64,000 nt of DNA from positions 135,670-199,669 of the IMG/VR virus record IMGVR_UViG_3300021963_000025. One strand, written 5' to 3'. Positions 59,759 through 64,000 of the stretch are shown here, piece after piece (position 1 is the stretch's first letter; each line of letters opens with the position of its first letter). This stretch comes from a virus. Its lineage: Duplodnaviria; Heunggongvirae; Uroviricota; Caudoviricetes. A program made the position numbers and the translations under genes. A model generated the notes under the pieces. The model saw only the letters and a program-made list of their open reading frames with translations, did not search any database and had not been told where the DNA came from.

Positions 59759-60130
59759 ATGGCTAAAACTAAGAACTATTTAAACAATAAGGACTTACAC
59801 AATGCAATGAGTGAATCTAAGAACCTAGATAAATTAACACCAACTGCAGAAAAAATGTTAATCCTATTAGCTGAACGAGCAATCAATAGAATGTCGTATG
59901 TAAATTCTGACGATAGAGATGATTGTCTCCAGTTCGCAATGTTAGACCTCCTAAAATACTGGAGAGGTTTTAACCCAGAATATCCAAATGCATTTGCGTA
60001 CTTTACAGAAATTGCAAAGCGAGGATATGCAAAAGGTTGGAATAAAATTCACCCACAAAAATACAAAGGTACCATTTCTATGAGCAGAACATCAGGTGAT
60101 GATGATAGCGGCGGGATCTATTCTATTTAA
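59759..60130 (+). CDS. gp55: Late-transcription sigma factor (gp55-like)
   Basis: NYLNNKDL, FNPEYPNAFAYFTEI. Confidence 0.85.
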   Translation: MAKTKNYLNNKDLHNAMSESKNLDKLTPTAEKMLILLAERAINRMSYVNSDDRDDCLQFAMLDLLKYWRGFNPEYPNAFAYFTEIAKRGYAKGWNKIHPQKYKGTISMSRTSGDDDSGGIYSI

Positions 60131-60618
60131 TGTCAATTAAGAATTTAAAACCAACCAAAAAATCCGGATTTAATCAAGGATATTTTAATCCCAAGAACCC
60201 TGAAAAATACATTGGACCATCTCCTATTATTTACAGAAGTTCTTGGGAATATAAGTTTATGATTTGGTGTGATATCAATGACAAAGTCCTTTGTTGGTCC
60301 AGCGAGCCTGTTGAGATTAAATATTGGTCGCGACAGGGAAACAAACAAAGAACATATCACCCAGACTTTTACTTTAAAATCTTAAAACAAGATGGCTCAA
60401 GCGAGGAATTTCTTGCTGAGATAAAACCAAAAGAACAAATACAAAAGCCAAAACCTCCGGCAAACCCAACTAAAAAAAGCTTGGCATCCTACAAATTTCT
60501 TACCGAGCAATACATTAAAAACATGGATAAATATAATGCTGCTAAAGAATATGCGGCAAGTCGTTGTTGGCGATTTATTGTCCTAACTGAAGATACAATT
60601 AAAAATGGGTTACATTAA
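60130..60618 (+). CDS. gp4: Head completion nuclease (gp4-like)
   Basis: PKNPEKYIG, IYRSSWE, WSSE, YHPDF, EIKP, FIVLTE. Confidence 0.9.
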   Translation: MSIKNLKPTKKSGFNQGYFNPKNPEKYIGPSPIIYRSSWEYKFMIWCDINDKVLCWSSEPVEIKYWSRQGNKQRTYHPDFYFKILKQDGSSEEFLAEIKPKEQIQKPKPPANPTKKSLASYKFLTEQYIKNMDKYNAAKEYAASRCWRFIVLTEDTIKNGLH

Positions 60619-61240
60619 ACAAAGAATAGCCGAGTTGAGCAAAGAATTTGGAGGTAAAGTAAAAGCTTCTATTGCATGCATGGAATGGTTTGAGGCTGGA
60701 GTTAAGTCTAAAACAACAAATGAGGCAAAAATGACCCGAACTCGATTTCAACCCGGAAAGATTTATGTTTTTAAATATGACCCAAAATATAAAGAACAAC
60801 TTCCGTGGTTCGATCAGAATCCAGTAGTATTTGCAATAGAGCAAGTTAATAATAATGACTTAGGAATTAATTTAAACCTACTACCAGTTCCATACAAAGA
60901 AAAACTATTGGATGAACTATTTACCAAAATGAATATCAAAGTCGATAAAAAAGAAACAGATATAATTTCTGAAATTCTTGGGCTTGAAAACTCAAGTGGG
61001 GTTGATGCACTTAAAGAAAAACCTCTCCGAATAACTTATGAGGGAATCAAAGCATATCTTGAAAAGGATGGATATGAATTTGCCCTAAGACAATATATAC
61101 CTTCAAGAAAAAAGGACCAAGCTGTTGTTAGTTATTCAAAATGGCCAGAAATTGCACTATGTGATTTCTTCCACTTTAAGAACACAAATATAATGGCAGT
61201 TCGATTAATGTTTAGAGACTATTTAAAAAAGAATATATAA
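60605..61240 (+). CDS. gp2: DNA end protector (gp2-like)
   Basis: PGKIYVFKYDPKYKEQLPWFDQNP, GINLNLLP. Confidence 0.85.
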   Translation: MGYIKQRIAELSKEFGGKVKASIACMEWFEAGVKSKTTNEAKMTRTRFQPGKIYVFKYDPKYKEQLPWFDQNPVVFAIEQVNNNDLGINLNLLPVPYKEKLLDELFTKMNIKVDKKETDIISEILGLENSSGVDALKEKPLRITYEGIKAYLEKDGYEFALRQYIPSRKKDQAVVSYSKWPEIALCDFFHFKNTNIMAVRLMFRDYLKKNI

Positions 61241-61262
61241 CTTAAATTAATATAATAATATA

Positions 61263-62858
61263 ATGGCAGGATTTGTACAAAGAAATGGTCCATTGACTAA
61301 GCGACCTTTTAACCTAAGTAGTACCCTTAAGAAGTTATCTTCATTTGGTATGTACTACGATGACTTGGTGCTTAGACAATCTCAAGCAATTGGGCCAGTA
61401 GAAGATGAAATTGGTTACGGCCAAATGAACCCAACTGGACTTGATAGTGATGATATGTATGGCGCATTTGCAGCCCTTTCGATGGCTGATACTACAATGC
61501 GTAAGAATATTCCATTTTTTGACCAGGCATATCGTGGTAAAAGAGATGAACTTAGAGCATTCGCGCAACATGATGAGATCGAAGACATTTTAGATATACT
61601 TTGCGATGAATCGATTGTATATGACAGTAAAAACTTCATGGCAAATCCAGAGATTATTGGTATGGAAGTTTCTGAAGATGTTCAAAAATATCTTAATAAA
61701 GCATATAGAGACCTTTACCAATATTTTGGATTTAACTTAGACCAATCAGCTTGGTACTTCTTTAGAAAATGGTTAATTGACGGTTACCTTTCATTCGAGA
61801 TTATTTATAATCCTGAAATGACCGAAGTTATTGGATTTAAAGAAATTGACCCAATCACATTGGTTCCAGGATATAACCACGAAGATGGTAAAAAAGTTTG
61901 GATTCAGTTTAAAGACGATCCAGTTAAACAAAGAAAATTGTATGATTCACAGATTGTGTACATATCATACTCTTCGATTACTACTGCATCAAGGGTTTCT
62001 TACCTTGAAAGACTTGTAAGAGCATTCAACTTAATGAGAATTATGGAGCATACCAGAGTTATTTGGGCTGTTACAAACTCTTCTTATAGAATGAAATTTA
62101 TTATACCAGTCGGTGGTAAATCTAAAACAAGAGCAAAACAATCCCTTGCTCAATTAATGAATAACTATAAAGAAGTTGTTGATTTCGATTGGGATAGTGC
62201 ATCCCTTACAACTAACGGTAAACCAATGTTACAATTTAACAAAGAATATTGGTTACCTAGTAAAGACGGAGAACAACCTGAGATTGAAACCCTTGGTGGT
62301 GATGGTCCAGAATTAAGTGACACAGAATCCCTAAAATATTTCTCAGATAAACTTAAAGCAGTTTCAAAAATTCCTTACAATAGATTCATGTATGAAGATG
62401 GTGGAGGAGATTTCAATCTAGCAGCCGATGGTATGATTAGAGATGAGATTAAATTTGCTAAGTTCATTAATCGTTTACGTAGTTCATTCCAAGAGATATT
62501 GATTAAACCATTATGGATTCAAATGTGTCTTAAATTCCCAGAATTTAAAGAGGACGCAGGATTCAGAACTCAAATTGCCCTAAGATTTAACGAAGATAAT
62601 ATGTTCGCTGAATTAAAGACAATGGAAATCATGCAAAAGAGACTTGAGTTCATCGGTACAATGAAAGATTCATTAGTTAAAACTGATCCAATGACTATGG
62701 AAGAGACTCCATACTTTGATATGGAATTCTTAGTTGATAGATACTTAAAACTAAGTCCAGATGACAAAGCAGCAAATGAGGCTTATAAAGCCAGAACTGC
62801 CGCTAAAAAAGCCGAAGAGCCAGAAGTTGATCCAATGGCTGCAATGGGAGGAATGTAA
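61263..62858 (+). CDS. gp20: Portal protein (gp20-like)
   Basis: FRKWLIDG, SYLE, EYWLP, IETLGG, YFSDKL...KIP, RDEIKFAKFINRLR. Confidence 0.93.
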   Translation: MAGFVQRNGPLTKRPFNLSSTLKKLSSFGMYYDDLVLRQSQAIGPVEDEIGYGQMNPTGLDSDDMYGAFAALSMADTTMRKNIPFFDQAYRGKRDELRAFAQHDEIEDILDILCDESIVYDSKNFMANPEIIGMEVSEDVQKYLNKAYRDLYQYFGFNLDQSAWYFFRKWLIDGYLSFEIIYNPEMTEVIGFKEIDPITLVPGYNHEDGKKVWIQFKDDPVKQRKLYDSQIVYISYSSITTASRVSYLERLVRAFNLMRIMEHTRVIWAVTNSSYRMKFIIPVGGKSKTRAKQSLAQLMNNYKEVVDFDWDSASLTTNGKPMLQFNKEYWLPSKDGEQPEIETLGGDGPELSDTESLKYFSDKLKAVSKIPYNRFMYEDGGGDFNLAADGMIRDEIKFAKFINRLRSSFQEILIKPLWIQMCLKFPEFKEDAGFRTQIALRFNEDNMFAELKTMEIMQKRLEFIGTMKDSLVKTDPMTMEETPYFDMEFLVDRYLKLSPDDKAANEAYKARTAAKKAEEPEVDPMAAMGGM

Positions 62859-62879
62859 TTAAATAAAAATATAGATAAA

Positions 62880-63230
62880 ATGAAAATAATTAAAACATTT
62901 GAGGAATTTACAAATTCACTTCAAGAAGATGCAATCGATGCAGGTGAAGATTCAAAAGTAGTAGTTGATGATGTTACTCTCGACTCAGGAAAAGAAATTA
63001 AATCAACTGAAATCTTAGGTACGATATTGTCGTCTAATAGTGAAAAAGATTTTAAAGACTATTTCTATAAAGAGTACGGAAATACAGCGTTTACTGAAGA
63101 GGATATGTTTACTCTAGTTAAATTTTATAACGATTATCAAGAGGAAGTTGCCCAAAAAGAAAAGGATGCTGAAAAAGATGCAGAAGGTGGAGATGCCGGC
63201 AAAGAGGAAGACCCACTAGCCGATATCTAA
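62880..63230 (+). CDS. Acidic prohead core-like protein with CTS-like N-terminus
   Basis: MKIIKTFEEFTNSLQE; lies between portal and protease like T4 gp67/68. Confidence 0.55.
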   Translation: MKIIKTFEEFTNSLQEDAIDAGEDSKVVVDDVTLDSGKEIKSTEILGTILSSNSEKDFKDYFYKEYGNTAFTEEDMFTLVKFYNDYQEEVAQKEKDAEKDAEGGDAGKEEDPLADI

Positions 63231-63266
63231 AAACCATAATTTTCAAAAATCTTTAAAAATTAACTG

Positions 63267-63274
63267 GATATATA
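63267..63274 (+). promoter_or_regulatory. Putative late promoter GATATATA
   Basis: Upstream of the prohead protease. Confidence 0.6.
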
Positions 63275-63299
63275 ATAGAAATATAATAAAATAATACTT

Positions 63300-64000
63300 A
63301 TGACTAATAACTTACTGATCTTAGAAAGATCGTCAACAGAATTAGAGTTTAAACAAGAAGGTGGAACCTATGTTCTAGAGGGTATCTTTGGAGAAATCGA
63401 TAAGAAAAATCGTAACAACCGAATCTATACTGAATCTGAATATTTACCACAAATTGAAGCTCTTCAAGCAAAAATTAAAGCGTCAAAACTTTTAGGTGAA
63501 TTAGACCACCCACAAACTTTTGATGTTTCCCTAAAAAATGTTTCTCATATCATTGAAGAACTTAATTATGACTCTAACACTAAACAAGTTAAAGGTCGTA
63601 TTAGATTATTAGATACAGAGGCTGGAAGACAGGCAAAAGCACTTGTTGATGCTGGTGTTCCATTACAAATTTCAAGTAGAGCAGCTGGTGCAGTTGAATC
63701 TAATGGAACTGTAAAAATCAAACAATTATTTACTTATGATTTAGTAGCAGACCCTGGGTTTGAAAACGCTGAATTGAAAAGAGTTAATGAGGCTTATGGT
63801 TTCCTTAATGAAGGAAATGACCTATTTATTTACGAGATAAATAAAGAAAACGAAAAACAACCAATCGAAAATATAAACGAAACAAAAATGGCAGAGTCTA
63901 AATTTATTACGGTTGAGGATTTTAATAAATACTCTAAATATCTTTCTGAAGAAATCAAATCTATTAAAGAAGGTATGAATTCTTTAACAGAATCAGAGTC
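63300..64000 (+). CDS. gp21: Prohead protease (gp21-like), 3'-truncated, continuing into a scaffold-like region
   Basis: Absent from the ORF track; manual translation gives MTNNLL...LEGIF...NRNNRIY...GELDHP...VSH...ISSRAAG...YDLVADPGF with no stop before the window end. Confidence 0.9.
   Translation, partial: MTNNLLILERSSTELEFKQEGGTYVLEGIFGEIDKKNRNNRIYTESEYLPQIEALQAKIKASKLLGELDHPQTFDVSLKNVSHIIEELNYDSNTKQVKGRIRLLDTEAGRQAKALVDAGVPLQISSRAAGAVESNGTVKIKQLFTYDLVADPGFENAELKRVNEAYGFLNEGNDLFIYEINKENEKQPIENINETKMAESKFITVEDFNKYSKYLSEEIKSIKEGMNSLTESE

Noticed and set aside
60130-60618. TnsA-like transposase
   Set aside because: Motifs and position between gp55 and gp2 match T4 gp4 head completion nuclease; no transposon ends or tnsB.
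5061-61639. Minus-strand ORFs in the track
   Set aside because: Nearly all lie antisense to well-supported + strand genes and have shadow-ORF composition with no motifs.
1-64000. Stop-codon reassignment
   Set aside because: Core genes are full length under the standard code and coding density is high; TAG serves as a normal stop at 3516 and 12469.

Overview
A 64-kb, AT-rich segment of a large T4-like (myovirus-type, probably jumbo) phage genome. Every credible gene is on the + strand. The lack of Shine-Dalgarno leaders weakly suggests a Bacteroidota host (inference). In order: (1) a tail/baseplate block (1-18.3 kb) with three paralogous collagen-repeat fibre genes; (2) RuvC, gp32 SSB, primase, UvsY and UvsW; (3) a ~13-kb island of proteins carrying a shared MKHIKLFEEFINE-type tag that resembles the T4 capsid-targeting sequence, including a modular polyprotein and two ligase/nucleotidyltransferase enzymes; (4) a TROVE/vWA (DUF2828-like) gene with two downstream stem-closed TACAGCAA ncRNA candidates; (5) a putative DNA-hypermodification cluster (inositol-3-phosphate synthase, HAD phosphatase, FkbM methyltransferase, aGPT-Pplase1/HMUDK-helical-like protein, dimeric dUTPase) next to a split family-B DNA polymerase; (6) nrdBA and an ATP-grasp + carboxyethyl-ornithine synthase pair; (7) clamp, UvsX, helicase, gp47/46; (8) gp15, gp55, gp4, gp2, portal and a truncated prohead protease. 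Two phage promoter classes are readable directly: GATATATA (late) and GAAAC-N17/18-TATAA. Family calls come from motif recognition by eye, not database searches.
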